DNA of 64,000 nt, from contig JAFWJF010000008.1 of assembly GCA_017511715.1 (NCBI GenBank), forward strand, positions 22,656 to 86,655. Direction: 5' to 3'. The notes under the pieces were generated by a model. The model was given only the letters and a program-made list of their open reading frames with translations, did no database searches and was not told the DNA's origin. This DNA is from Alphaproteobacteria bacterium (GTDB lineage Bacteria; Pseudomonadota; Alphaproteobacteria; Rs-D84). The position numbers and the translations under genes are program-made. Shown one piece after another: positions 8,116-17,672 of the stretch (positions are counted from its first letter, which is position 1; each line of letters begins with the position of its first letter).

Positions 8116-9728
8116 TTCAATTTCCTTATCTTTTTCTGAACATGTGGCACAACAATTAAATAATCATCAGACAAATCAAGCGCACGCATATACGATTCCT
8201 TTGCGCGTTCTTTATCGCCTTGTTTTTTATAAAAGTCCCCAAGATGTTCGTACACAGCAGATGTAGGTGTGATTTCACCAACCCGCTCTAGTATTTCTAG
8301 TGCGTTTGCAACGCCTTCTTTTTTTTCTATGATTTGACTTAACAAATCCCACGCCGAAATATCAGAAGTGTTCATCTTTATCAAAGACATTGCATAATCA
8401 TAAGCAGTGTCCAAATTTTTATCTTGCATCGCCCAAGCGCGCGCTTGCAATGCGACATAATCAGGTGTCATTTTATATTCCATATCACGAACCACGTCTA
8501 AGTCTTTTTGGGCGCGTTTTGCATCACCAAACATAATATACACATACGCACGCTGTTTAAGGAAATACACCCTGCCCTGATCCGACAAACCTTTTTGTTT
8601 TAAAGCCCTGTTTATAACAGACAATGCAAGCGATTTGTCGCCCCTTTTTATGCTTTCACGACCAATAACCTGAACCGCAGGAACAAACAAAGGATTTTGA
8701 CGCACAATTTTTTCTAGAGCCCTGATATCTTTGTTATTTTCTGCAATCTTTAATTGCCCAAAAAGATACAAAGGATTTGATTTGCTTATCTTGTTGAAAC
8801 TTGTTGCGAAATCGCCATTGTTATGAAAATAATATTGCCCCAAATAATAATTTATCGCATCTTGATAATTGCCGTCAGATATAATTTCTGCAAAACGCAA
8901 AAACATCAATGAAAAATCTGTATAAATCATAATCTGGGTATGCGATACTGTTTGAATCAGGCTGAATACCAAATTGTTTTTATAACCATCATAAATCGAC
9001 CAATCTGGGACATCTTCATACTGCAACATATACATACCGCCAACCTTGGCAACAAAGTCATCACGCAATATTTTCATATCTTCAATCATGTCATTATTTT
9101 TGTAAAAAGACATAAGGTAAAGATAATCATTAACATTCATGAATTCTGGATGAACCTTGGCAAATTCTTTGGCAGCCGTATCAATATCATTATTTAACAC
9201 CGCAATTTGACCACGAACAAAAGACTTCCAATTTTCATCTGCCTTGATTGAACTAATAAACTTTGCCGTATCTTTTGGGTTTCCGGTTTTAGAACCAGAA
9301 AAGATACGAATCGGTGCAGACAAAACAGAAGCGTCTTTGTTGTGACGTTTATAAACAGATTTCCAATCATCTTTCTGTATCAAGAACGCATCATAAATCA
9401 ACCCATTTACCACATCTTTGGAATCTTTCAAAGATTCTGCATTTTCAGGCATTTTGCCACCGAAAAAGTCTGTTAATTTCTTTATTTCTGCGACATTTTT
9501 GTTATCGGTTTTAACTGAATTAATCATCTTTGATGCGGCATCAAAATCATTGACATAAAGTGCATGTTGCGCCGCAAGGAAAGAACCATAATCAGTATCA
9601 ACAACCGTTCCAGCCTGCCCGGTTTTTCGCAGATTCATATCAAACACTTTCTGCCCCAATAAACAAGAGCAAAAAATCACAACCGCAATTAAAAACGGCC
9701 CTATATAAAAACTTTTTATTCCTTTCAT
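8109..9728 (-). CDS. Membrane-anchored tetratricopeptide-repeat protein
   Basis: Start set at MKGIKSFYIGPFLIAVVIFCSC (N-terminal TM). The C-terminal half has TPR-like repeats (YEHLGDFYKKQGDKERAKESYMRALDL). The listed ORF extension 9729..10121 is antisense to rsmG. Confidence 0.65.
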   Translation of the reverse strand: MKGIKSFYIGPFLIAVVIFCSCLLGQKVFDMNLRKTGQAGTVVDTDYGSFLAAQHALYVNDFDAASKMINSVKTDNKNVAEIKKLTDFFGGKMPENAESLKDSKDVVNGLIYDAFLIQKDDWKSVYKRHNKDASVLSAPIRIFSGSKTGNPKDTAKFISSIKADENWKSFVRGQIAVLNNDIDTAAKEFAKVHPEFMNVNDYLYLMSFYKNNDMIEDMKILRDDFVAKVGGMYMLQYEDVPDWSIYDGYKNNLVFSLIQTVSHTQIMIYTDFSLMFLRFAEIISDGNYQDAINYYLGQYYFHNNGDFATSFNKISKSNPLYLFGQLKIAENNKDIRALEKIVRQNPLFVPAVQVIGRESIKRGDKSLALSVINRALKQKGLSDQGRVYFLKQRAYVYIMFGDAKRAQKDLDVVRDMEYKMTPDYVALQARAWAMQDKNLDTAYDYAMSLIKMNTSDISAWDLLSQIIEKKEGVANALEILERVGEITPTSAVYEHLGDFYKKQGDKERAKESYMRALDLSDDYLIVVPHVQKKIRKLKW

Positions 9729-9753
9729 AACAAAATATGTTAGAATAAATATT

Positions 9754-10314
9754 ATGAAAAGAGAAGAAAAATTTATCGCATATGAAAAATTATTACAAGA
9801 ATGGTCAACCAAAATGAACCTGGTTGCCCCAAGCACGCTTAACGACATACAAACTCGCCACATCCAAGACAGCGCGCAACTTGCTAAATATTTACCAAAA
9901 GATACAAATATCATCGACCTGGGCAGTGGCGCAGGATTCCCTGGCGTTGTTTTAGCAATTTTAGGCTGGAATGTCACCTGCATCGAATCAATCGGCAAAA
10001 AGACAAGATTTTTGTCTGCGTTAAAAAACGAACTTGACCTGCCAAACCTTACAATCATCAACGACAGAATTGAAAATTTTTTATCGAAAACACCGGCAAA
10101 CCCCGGCAATTTTGTATTCACAGCACGTGCTTTTGCACCATTGATTAAAATTTTAGATTACACACACAAAACAAAATGCCGGCTTTTTTTATTAAAAGGC
10201 CGGGAAATTGAATCTGAAATATCAACAGCAAAAACCAAATATAAATTTGATTATAAACTTTATAAATCAGAAACAGGCGACGGCTATATTACATATATTT
10301 ACAACATAAAATAG
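9754..10314 (+). CDS. rsmG: 16S rRNA (guanine527-N7)-methyltransferase RsmG (GidB)
   Basis: TRHIQDSAQL and the SAM motif DLGSGAGFPGVVLAI; it precedes parA-parB. Confidence 0.9.
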   Translation: MKREEKFIAYEKLLQEWSTKMNLVAPSTLNDIQTRHIQDSAQLAKYLPKDTNIIDLGSGAGFPGVVLAILGWNVTCIESIGKKTRFLSALKNELDLPNLTIINDRIENFLSKTPANPGNFVFTARAFAPLIKILDYTHKTKCRLFLLKGREIESEISTAKTKYKFDYKLYKSETGDGYITYIYNIK

Positions 10315-10431
10315 TCTATTATTTCACATGAAACACCAGACAACTTATTGATTTTAGGCGTTTTTAATATTTGTATTGACTATTGTTTATCTTTTTATAT
10401 ACTTTATTTCCAAAGACAAGGAAGTGTAATT

Positions 10432-11205
10432 ATGGCGAAAATTATATCATTTGCAAATCAAAAAGGCGGTGTTGGCAAAACAACAACCGCAATAAATATC
10501 GCAGCATCACTGGCAACAATAAAAAAGCGGGTTTTGTTAATAGATCTTGATTCCCAAGGAAACGCTGGAACGGGACTGGGTTTTGTACGCGCCGCCCACA
10601 AACAAAGCGTATACGGCGTGTTAATGGGCACAGCAAGCGTTGCAGAAAACATATTAACAACAGCCGTTCCAAACATGCATTTGTTGCCGGCTTCTGCTAA
10701 ATTAGCCGGGGCGGAACTCGATATGCTTGATTTGGAAAACCGCGAATATCGGCTGCGCGATGCCTTGAAAACAATAGATAAAAATTATGATTATATTCTG
10801 ATAGATTGCCCACCAAATCTTGGTATGTTAACAATAAACGCTTTGACTGCATCAGATTATGTTATAATACCACTTCAATGTGAATTTTTTGCACTGGAAG
10901 GTGTTCAGCACCTGCTTTCTACAATCAAAGCGATTCAGGAAAAATGGAACCCTAAACTTGATATTTTAGGCATGGTCTTAACAATGTATGAAAAGAAATT
11001 AGGGCTTACACGCGCTGTAGAAGAAGATGTGCGCAACACGTTTGGAACCAAGGTATTCAAAACTGTCGTACCGCGTAATGTTCGGGTATCAGAAGCACCA
11101 AGCCACGGGAAACCTGCTCTGTTTTATGATTTTAAGTCCAGTGGCGCGCAAGCATATTTACGCGTAGCAACCGAAGTTGTAAACGCTCTTGAAAAAAGGA
11201 TATAA
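10432..11205 (+). CDS. parA: Chromosome partitioning ATPase ParA/Soj
   Basis: Deviant Walker A in NQKGGVGKTTTAINIA. ATG at 10432 has an AAGGAAG RBS; the upstream extension of the listed ORF is hydrophobic junk. Confidence 0.9.
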   Translation: MAKIISFANQKGGVGKTTTAINIAASLATIKKRVLLIDLDSQGNAGTGLGFVRAAHKQSVYGVLMGTASVAENILTTAVPNMHLLPASAKLAGAELDMLDLENREYRLRDALKTIDKNYDYILIDCPPNLGMLTINALTASDYVIIPLQCEFFALEGVQHLLSTIKAIQEKWNPKLDILGMVLTMYEKKLGLTRAVEEDVRNTFGTKVFKTVVPRNVRVSEAPSHGKPALFYDFKSSGAQAYLRVATEVVNALEKRI

Positions 11206-11206
11206 A

Positions 11207-12082
11207 ATGTCGTCTAAATTTTTAGGAAAATCTCTTGCACAATTAAATGAAGAAATGGGCATAACACCAGATATTTCAGTATTGACGGGCGCGGAACGCG
11301 TTGTTGTAAAACCAATTCCTATCGTCCAGATAAGCCCTAACCCAGACCAGCCAAGAAAAACATTTAACGACAATGAATTAAATGATTTGGCAGAATCTAT
11401 CAAAGAAAAAGGTGTATTGGTCCCAATTATTTTGCGCAGCGTGCAAAACAAATCATACCTTTATGAAATAGTCGCCGGCGAACGCAGATATCGCGCGGCA
11501 CAAAGGGCAGGGCTTAGCGAAATACCGGCGTTGGTAAAAAGTCTGGACGATAAAAACGCGGCAGAAATTGCTTTAATTGAAAATGTTCAACGCGAAAACC
11601 TGAACCCCATTGAAGAAGCCGAAGGTTTCAGAAACCTGATGGAAAAACACCAATATTCTTTGGAAGAGGTTTCTAAACTGATTGGAAAGTCAGTTAGTTA
11701 TATAAGAAATTTAATGCGCATCAATTCTTTGCCGGAATCTGTAAAACAACTTATCAAAGAAGGGAAAATATCGGCTTCACACGCACGCACAATCGCGGTT
11801 TCTGAAAACCCTGAACAACTGGCGCACGACATCATAAACAACAACATGTCCGTGGCAGAAACACAAAAACAAGTAAAAAATGCCTCTCGTTCCAAAAACA
11901 GTCGTAATTTTGTAAAAAACACTTTGGATGCACAATATGTATCTAAAATCGAATCGAAATTATCAAAGCGTTTCGGACTTGACGTAAAATTGCGTGAAAA
12001 ACGTGGTGGTGCAGGGCAGTTTATTATTTCTTTTGATAATCGTATTCAAATGGAAGATTTAATAAATAAATTGTCAAAATAA
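11207..12082 (+). CDS. parB: Chromosome partitioning protein ParB/Spo0J
   Basis: ParB box IVAGERRYRAAQRAGL with an HTH region. The ATG at 11207 follows an AAAGGA RBS; the alternative start at 11189 overlaps parA. Confidence 0.88.
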   Translation: MSSKFLGKSLAQLNEEMGITPDISVLTGAERVVVKPIPIVQISPNPDQPRKTFNDNELNDLAESIKEKGVLVPIILRSVQNKSYLYEIVAGERRYRAAQRAGLSEIPALVKSLDDKNAAEIALIENVQRENLNPIEEAEGFRNLMEKHQYSLEEVSKLIGKSVSYIRNLMRINSLPESVKQLIKEGKISASHARTIAVSENPEQLAHDIINNNMSVAETQKQVKNASRSKNSRNFVKNTLDAQYVSKIESKLSKRFGLDVKLREKRGGAGQFIISFDNRIQMEDLINKLSK

Positions 12083-12098
12083 CCAGGCCACAAAAACA

Positions 12099-12130
12099 AA
12101 AAAAACACCGGCAAATGCCGGTATTTTTTT
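12099..12130. terminator. Bidirectional terminator (ACCGGC-AAAT-GCCGGT) between parB and pal
   Basis: A-run, 6-bp GC-rich stem, T-run. A 33-nt stretch is identical to the one at 24213-24245. Confidence 0.75.
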
Positions 12131-12146
12131 ATTAACAAAAGTTATA

Positions 12147-12563
12147 TTATTTAACTGTTGTTGTTGCATTACGATTGTATTTCCAAACGTCTTCGCCGGT
12201 ACCTTTGACCAATGGACGTTCTTTACCATAAGATATAGTGGAAATACGAGAAGCCGCTATGCCGTCATTAACCAAAACTGCTTTTGCAGCGTTTGCACGA
12301 CGTGCACCCAAAGCCAAGTTGTATTCTGTTGAACCACGTTCGTCACAATTACCAGCAATTTGGATTTTTGTGTCTTCATGGTTTTTCATATACAAAGACT
12401 GACCCAACAAATTGTTTTCAGCTTCTTCGGAAATTTCTGCAGAATTAAACGCAAAGAAAACGCGTTGATCATTCAAATCAGAAGGTTCAACAACACTGGA
12501 TTCACAGCAAGCAGCCAACAATCCAGCGACACCAGCTAATAAAGCAAAGTTTACTATTTTCAT
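12147..12563 (-). CDS. pal: Peptidoglycan-associated lipoprotein Pal (OmpA-like domain)
   Basis: Lipobox LLAAC and OmpA-like motifs (GNCDERGSTEYNLALGARRANA). Confidence 0.88.
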   Translation of the reverse strand: MKIVNFALLAGVAGLLAACCESSVVEPSDLNDQRVFFAFNSAEISEEAENNLLGQSLYMKNHEDTKIQIAGNCDERGSTEYNLALGARRANAAKAVLVNDGIAASRISTISYGKERPLVKGTGEDVWKYNRNATTTVK

Positions 12564-12638
12564 GAAAATACTCCCTTGAGTTTTTGTTGCTCGATGTATA
12601 TTCTATAACAAGAATATCGAAAAATCAAGGAATAAAAC

Positions 12639-13382
12639 ATGAGAAATTATGTGTTGCAAGATTTAATCATGGCAGGTGTGCAGTGGGAACTGGCAGAAAA
12701 CCCAACAAAGCCCGACGTAAAAAAGGCACCGGTTCAGCAAGCATTGCTTTCTGATAAAGAAAATTCCAGACCCATAATTGTTCCCCCGTCCGCCCCAATA
12801 ACGTTGGATACAGTAAAATCTATGGTGGAACGACCAAACGATATCGATTCGTTGATTAGGATGGTTGCCGAATTTAATCACCCCTTGCGCAGTGGTGCGA
12901 CAAATGTTGTTTTACCTAATATAGCAACAAAACCAAACGGGGTAGTTATAATAACCGATTTACCCAGTCCTGACGATGATGCGTCTGGGAAAATATTATC
13001 GGGTCCTGCCGGCGATTTAACAGATAAAATGCTGGCAGCGATTAACATGTCGCGCGAAAGCGTTTCTATTATTCCATTGTTATTTTGGCGCACACCAGGC
13101 GGTCGTACCCCAAACCGCGAAGAGATAGACCTGTCGTTGCCTTTTGTTAACAAAATTATCGATATGTTAAAACCAAAAGTTGTAATAACGTTTGGCACTT
13201 TAAGCACGACAGAGTTCGCAAAAATAAATTTGAGCGATTTTCATGGTGCAGAAATCACAACAGATAAAGGATACACGGTTATACCAATGTATCACCCAAA
13301 TTATTTGATTCTTAAACCAAGTGCAAAGAAAGATGTTTGGAACGCCTTGCAAAATATGCAAAAATTGTTGAAAAACCCTTAA
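12639..13382 (+). CDS. Uracil-DNA glycosylase superfamily protein, family-4-like with a degenerate motif A
   Basis: GPAGDLTDKMLAAI, WRTPGGRTPNREE and motif B HPNYLILKP fit family 4. The position normally holding GE(A/G)PG reads TDLPS. Confidence 0.6.
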   Translation: MRNYVLQDLIMAGVQWELAENPTKPDVKKAPVQQALLSDKENSRPIIVPPSAPITLDTVKSMVERPNDIDSLIRMVAEFNHPLRSGATNVVLPNIATKPNGVVIITDLPSPDDDASGKILSGPAGDLTDKMLAAINMSRESVSIIPLLFWRTPGGRTPNREEIDLSLPFVNKIIDMLKPKVVITFGTLSTTEFAKINLSDFHGAEITTDKGYTVIPMYHPNYLILKPSAKKDVWNALQNMQKLLKNP

Positions 13383-13426
13383 AAATATTTAATAATTGCC
13401 CTGTAAGTTAATAAAGGAGCACGACT

Positions 13427-13975
13427 ATTAAACCTAATATGAACAACGGCAAGGCTCGCGATATGGGGCCACGCATGAATGAAAAAATATTTGCAAAATC
13501 TGTCCAGGTAATAAGCCAAGACGGTCAGAATCTTGGGATAATGGAAACACCAAATGCATTAAACATGGCATACGACATGGGTTTAGATTTGGTTGAAATA
13601 AATGCCAATGCAACGCCTGTATTGGTAAAAATCATGGATTATGGTAAATATAAATACGAACAGAAGAAACGCGCTAACGAAGCACGAAAAAAACAAAAAA
13701 CTATCGAACTGAAAGAAGTTTGGGTGAAACCTTTCATTGAAGAAAATGATTTGAACATCAAACTTAAAAAAGTTTTTGAGTTTTTAGAAGAGGGCAACAA
13801 AGTAAAAATTGCAGTTATGACCAGGGGCGCAAAAAAAGTTTTAGCACGTGGGCGTGATGCGGTTCCACAATTGTTTGAACATATCGCTGAATTAATTGGC
13901 GACAAAGGCACGGTTGAATCAAAATCAAAGCCAGATGAAAGAACAAAATCAATCATAATTGCACCCACGAAATAA
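13427..13975 (+). CDS. infC: Translation initiation factor IF-3
   Basis: GPRMNEKIFAKSVQVISQDG...VKIMDYGKYKYEQKK is typical IF3. I propose an ATT start at 13427, 7 nt after AAAGGAG and in frame with the first ATG at 13439. Confidence 0.85.
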   Translation: MKPNMNNGKARDMGPRMNEKIFAKSVQVISQDGQNLGIMETPNALNMAYDMGLDLVEINANATPVLVKIMDYGKYKYEQKKRANEARKKQKTIELKEVWVKPFIEENDLNIKLKKVFEFLEEGNKVKIAVMTRGAKKVLARGRDAVPQLFEHIAELIGDKGTVESKSKPDERTKSIIIAPTK

Positions 13976-13978
13976 ATT

Positions 13979-14001
13979 CCGCCCATTTGGGCGGTTTTTT
14001 T
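13979..14001 (+). terminator. Intrinsic terminator after infC
   Basis: CCGCCC-ATTT-GGGCGG followed by TTTTTTT. Confidence 0.75.
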
Positions 14002-14068
14002 ATACCTTTATTTGTTGCAAAGTGTGCTTTTATGCGGTATCTTTATCCCAAAGTAAAAGGATACTAAT

Positions 14069-14272
14069 ATGGAAGAAAACAAACTTTCTTTTGAAGAAGC
14101 ATACAAACAATTAACCGAACTTGTCAAAAAAATGGAAAGCGGGGAAATGCCTTTGGCTGATTCTGTGGCTGCATACGAACAAGGAATTAAATTGAAAGCG
14201 TATTGCGAACAATTGTTGAAAGAAGCAGAATTGAAAATCGAAACTCTGAAAGTGACAAGTGCCGGTGAATAA
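14069..14272 (+). CDS. xseB: Exodeoxyribonuclease VII small subunit
   Basis: 67 aa; LSFEEAYKQLTELVKKMESGEMPLADSVAAYEQGIKL fits the XseB pattern. Confidence 0.85.
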   Translation: MEENKLSFEEAYKQLTELVKKMESGEMPLADSVAAYEQGIKLKAYCEQLLKEAELKIETLKVTSAGE

Positions 14273-14273
14273 T

Positions 14274-16781
14274 ATGGCAGAAAAAAACAAACTTTCGCCC
14301 GTGATGCAACAGTATGTAGATATGAAGTCTGAAAATCCAGACGCGCTTTTAATGTTCAGACTGGGCGATTTTTACGAGGCTTTTTTTGAGGATGCAAAAA
14401 CAGTCAGCGAAACACTTAGTTTGGTTTTAACACATCGCGGGACAGATGGTTTCGGTGTTGATGTTCCAATGTGCGGTATTCCGTGGCACGCATCAGATAA
14501 TTATTTTGGCCGCCTTGTAAAGGCAGGATATAAAGTTGCTCTTGTTGAACAAATGGAAACCCCACAACAAGCGAAACAACGCGGACACAAATTTATTGAA
14601 CGCAAAGTTGTGCGTGTTTTAACCCCAGGAACATTAACAGATGAAAATTTATTAACACCAAAAAAATCTAATTTTTTAATTTCTATTGTTCCATTATCTA
14701 ATGCTAAATTTGATTTGGCAGGCTGTGATATATCTACTGGTGAATTTTTTATTGGTGAAACAGATTGTATTATTGACGATATGATTCGCATCAATCCTGC
14801 AGAAATAATTTATCCAGAAAGCGATGCTGAAAATCAGATAGTAAAAAATTTGCGTGAAATATACAAGACAACACCTGTATATGAAAAATTATATCTGCGT
14901 TCAGATATCAATTTAATTGTATCACATGTATTCGGCGGGAATATTAAGTCAGAAACACAAGAAAATGTTTCGGCGTTGCGTTTACTGGCTGGTTATTTAT
15001 TTAATACGCAGCGCGGTGCAAATATATCTTTTCGTGCGCCTTATTCTTTCAAATCAGGTCGTCAGTTGTTGATAGATTCATCAACTTGGAAAAGTTTGGA
15101 AATAGACGCACCAATTAACGATGGCGGAACATGTTTGTTGGATGTATTAGACCAAACAAAAACAGCATTTGGGGCGCGTAAACTGCGTTCTTATCTGCGA
15201 ACATTGCCGGGGGACATTGATATAATCTTGCAACGCCAAGAACATATTGGGCATTTATTAATAAATCATTCTTTGATGGCAGAAATTACATCTGTTTTGA
15301 CACGCGTACCAGATGTAAATCGTGCCCTGTCGCGTCTTTTGTCTGGCCGTGGTACACCGCGGGACTTAAAGAACATTTCTGAATTTTTATCAATTTTGGA
15401 TATCGTGAAAAACACCGGAAAAAAACTTGATACAACATTGTCAGAAAAATTTGCCGGTATTAACACACATGACGATTTAGCAAATGAATTAAGTATTGCA
15501 CTTAATGATGAATTGCCTACATTTTTCCGGGATGGCAATGTTATTAAACAAGGCTTTAATCCATCACTTGATAAAATGCGTTCATTATCAAATGGGGCAA
15601 TAGAAACCATTGCCGCACTGCAGGCGCAATACATAAATCAGACAAACATAAATACATTAAAAATTAAATACAATAACATTCTTGGCTATTTCATAGAAGT
15701 ACCATCCGCACGCGCAGATGCCCTTATGGCACCAGAATCTGGTTTTATCCATCGTCAAACAATGGCCGGAAACATGCGTTTCACAACACCACAATTGATT
15801 GATTTAGATAATGATATACGCAGTGCTTCTGAAAAAGCGTCTGCTATTGAAGCAGATGTGATAAATGAATTTATCGAAAAGATTCGCGATGTTTCTTCTG
15901 ATTTGATGAATACGGCAGATTTAGTGGCAGATGTCGATGTTTGGTTATCGCTTGCTAATGTTGCAGACCTTTATTCTTGGGTACGCCCAACGATAACAAA
16001 AGGGAAAGAATTTGATATTGTTGGTGGACGACATCCTGTGATTGAATATGTTCTGCGCAAAAAAGGCGACAATTTCGTAAAAAATGATTGTGATTTGACG
16101 ACCAAACCCGTTGCGCTTTTAACCGGGCCAAATATGGCCGGAAAATCGACATATCTGCGTCAAAATGCGATATTGGTTGTGCTGGCTCATTTAGGGTCTT
16201 TTGTTCCGGCAACTTCTGCCAAGATTGGAATTTGCGACCAATTATTTAGCCGCGTGGGGGCATCAGACAACCTGGCGGCAGGGCAGTCAACATTTATGGT
16301 TGAAATGGTTGAAACATCAAACATATTAAATCGCGCCACGGATAAATCTTTCATTATCTTTGATGAAATAGGGCGCGGAACATCAACTTTTGATGGCATG
16401 GCGATTGCCCAGGCAGTTTTAGAATACCTTAATGAATTGGGGGCGCGCACACTTTTTGCGACACATTATCATGAATTAACACGTCTGGTTATTGATGAAA
16501 AATTAAACAGTGTTGATTGTTTAACGATTGATGTTCGTGAACATAATAACGATATAATCTTTTTGCATAAAATCATTGCCGGGGTTGCAAACAGGTCATA
16601 TGGTATTGCTGTTGCAAAGATGGCAGGAATGCCAAAGAAAATTGTTGAACGCGCAGAAGCCGTTTTGGAAAACCTTGAATCAGATGCACCAAATACAACA
16701 CCGCACGCACACGAAAAAACTTCTGTAAAGCCGATTGTTGCAGAAAAAGAACCAGATTCACAATTATCACTTTTTGGATAA
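14274..16781 (+). CDS. mutS: DNA mismatch repair protein MutS
   Basis: N-terminal SPVMQQYVDMK...FRLGDFYEAFFEDA, Walker A TGPNMAGKST, and STFMVEM. ATG at 14274, one nt after the xseB stop. Confidence 0.95.
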   Translation: MAEKNKLSPVMQQYVDMKSENPDALLMFRLGDFYEAFFEDAKTVSETLSLVLTHRGTDGFGVDVPMCGIPWHASDNYFGRLVKAGYKVALVEQMETPQQAKQRGHKFIERKVVRVLTPGTLTDENLLTPKKSNFLISIVPLSNAKFDLAGCDISTGEFFIGETDCIIDDMIRINPAEIIYPESDAENQIVKNLREIYKTTPVYEKLYLRSDINLIVSHVFGGNIKSETQENVSALRLLAGYLFNTQRGANISFRAPYSFKSGRQLLIDSSTWKSLEIDAPINDGGTCLLDVLDQTKTAFGARKLRSYLRTLPGDIDIILQRQEHIGHLLINHSLMAEITSVLTRVPDVNRALSRLLSGRGTPRDLKNISEFLSILDIVKNTGKKLDTTLSEKFAGINTHDDLANELSIALNDELPTFFRDGNVIKQGFNPSLDKMRSLSNGAIETIAALQAQYINQTNINTLKIKYNNILGYFIEVPSARADALMAPESGFIHRQTMAGNMRFTTPQLIDLDNDIRSASEKASAIEADVINEFIEKIRDVSSDLMNTADLVADVDVWLSLANVADLYSWVRPTITKGKEFDIVGGRHPVIEYVLRKKGDNFVKNDCDLTTKPVALLTGPNMAGKSTYLRQNAILVVLAHLGSFVPATSAKIGICDQLFSRVGASDNLAAGQSTFMVEMVETSNILNRATDKSFIIFDEIGRGTSTFDGMAIAQAVLEYLNELGARTLFATHYHELTRLVIDEKLNSVDCLTIDVREHNNDIIFLHKIIAGVANRSYGIAVAKMAGMPKKIVERAEAVLENLESDAPNTTPHAHEKTSVKPIVAEKEPDSQLSLFG

Positions 16782-16784
16782 AAA

Positions 16785-17657
16785 ATGGATGGAATTTTAA
16801 TCTTGGACAAAGAAATTGGCGTTTTCAGCAGAACGGCTGGATATCGTGTTGCCAAAATGTTTGGTGAAAAAAAATTCGGACATATTGGGACTCTTGACCC
16901 GATGGCAAGTGGTGTTTTGCCAATAGCCATTGGAAACGCAACAAAAATGATACCTTTTATCGAAGAAGTATGCGAAAACAAAAAAGAATATTTATTCGGG
17001 CTTAAATTCGGCATAGATACAGATTCTTTGGACATAACTGGAAACACAAAAGAAACGAACGACATTATTCCAACCGATACGGACATTATATCTGCATGTA
17101 AAAAATTACAAAACAGCACAGAACAAATTCCGCCGGTTTTTTCTGCAATTCATGTAAACGGCCAACGCGCCTATGAATTGGCACGAAAGGGCGAAGATAT
17201 CAAAATGAAAGCACGCCCAATCAAAATTTACGAATTAGAATATACCGGGAAAGGCCGGGAAAAAGAATATAATTTTCGCGTAGTTTGTTCGCGCGGAACT
17301 TATGTTCGTTCACTTGTTCGTGACATCGCAAAATTATGTGGTGCAATTGCTACAACGACCTATATCCGCCGGACATCAACAAATGGCTTTGACATAAAAA
17401 ATGCAGTAAAACTTGATTTTTTGGAAAATCTGGTTAATAATGGTGGTCGCATTGAAGAATATTTGATGCAATCTGATTGTGCACTGGGGGACATTCCGGT
17501 AATCAATCTGAACAAAGAGGCAACCAAATTTTATAAAAATGGTGGCTTTGTTGAAACTGGCGAAAGCGATGGTTTATACCGCGTTTATTGCGACAAGACT
17601 TTTGTTGGAATAGGGCGCGTTGAAAACAAAATGCTGAAGCCCAAACGAACGATATAA
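16785..17657 (+). CDS. truB: tRNA pseudouridine(55) synthase TruB
   Basis: Catalytic motif GHIGTLDPMASGVLPIAIG. Confidence 0.9.
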   Translation: MDGILILDKEIGVFSRTAGYRVAKMFGEKKFGHIGTLDPMASGVLPIAIGNATKMIPFIEEVCENKKEYLFGLKFGIDTDSLDITGNTKETNDIIPTDTDIISACKKLQNSTEQIPPVFSAIHVNGQRAYELARKGEDIKMKARPIKIYELEYTGKGREKEYNFRVVCSRGTYVRSLVRDIAKLCGAIATTTYIRRTSTNGFDIKNAVKLDFLENLVNNGGRIEEYLMQSDCALGDIPVINLNKEATKFYKNGGFVETGESDGLYRVYCDKTFVGIGRVENKMLKPKRTI

Positions 17658-17672
17658 AAAAAAGGATTAACA

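Noticed and set aside
9729-10121. N-terminal 131 codons of the listed 670-aa minus-strand ORF (8109..10121)
   Set aside because: This part is antisense to the confidently identified rsmG and has a junk-like composition. The protein makes sense starting from MKGIKSFY (ATG at 9728), which has an N-terminal TM helix.
9700-12100. Replication origin (DnaA-box cluster) next to gidB-parAB
   Set aside because: I found no clustered TTATCCACA-like boxes in the short spacers here. The intergenic regions are 25-75 bp, too small for an oriC.
16469-17119. 216-aa minus-strand ORF spanning the mutS/truB junction
   Set aside because: It is fully antisense to two confidently assigned genes, and its Ser/Phe/Ile-rich composition is typical of antisense frames in AT-rich DNA. 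The same reasoning applies to the many other 60-160-aa ORFs nested in or antisense to pnp, gpsA, metG, ileS, pheT, mrdA, virB4 and others.
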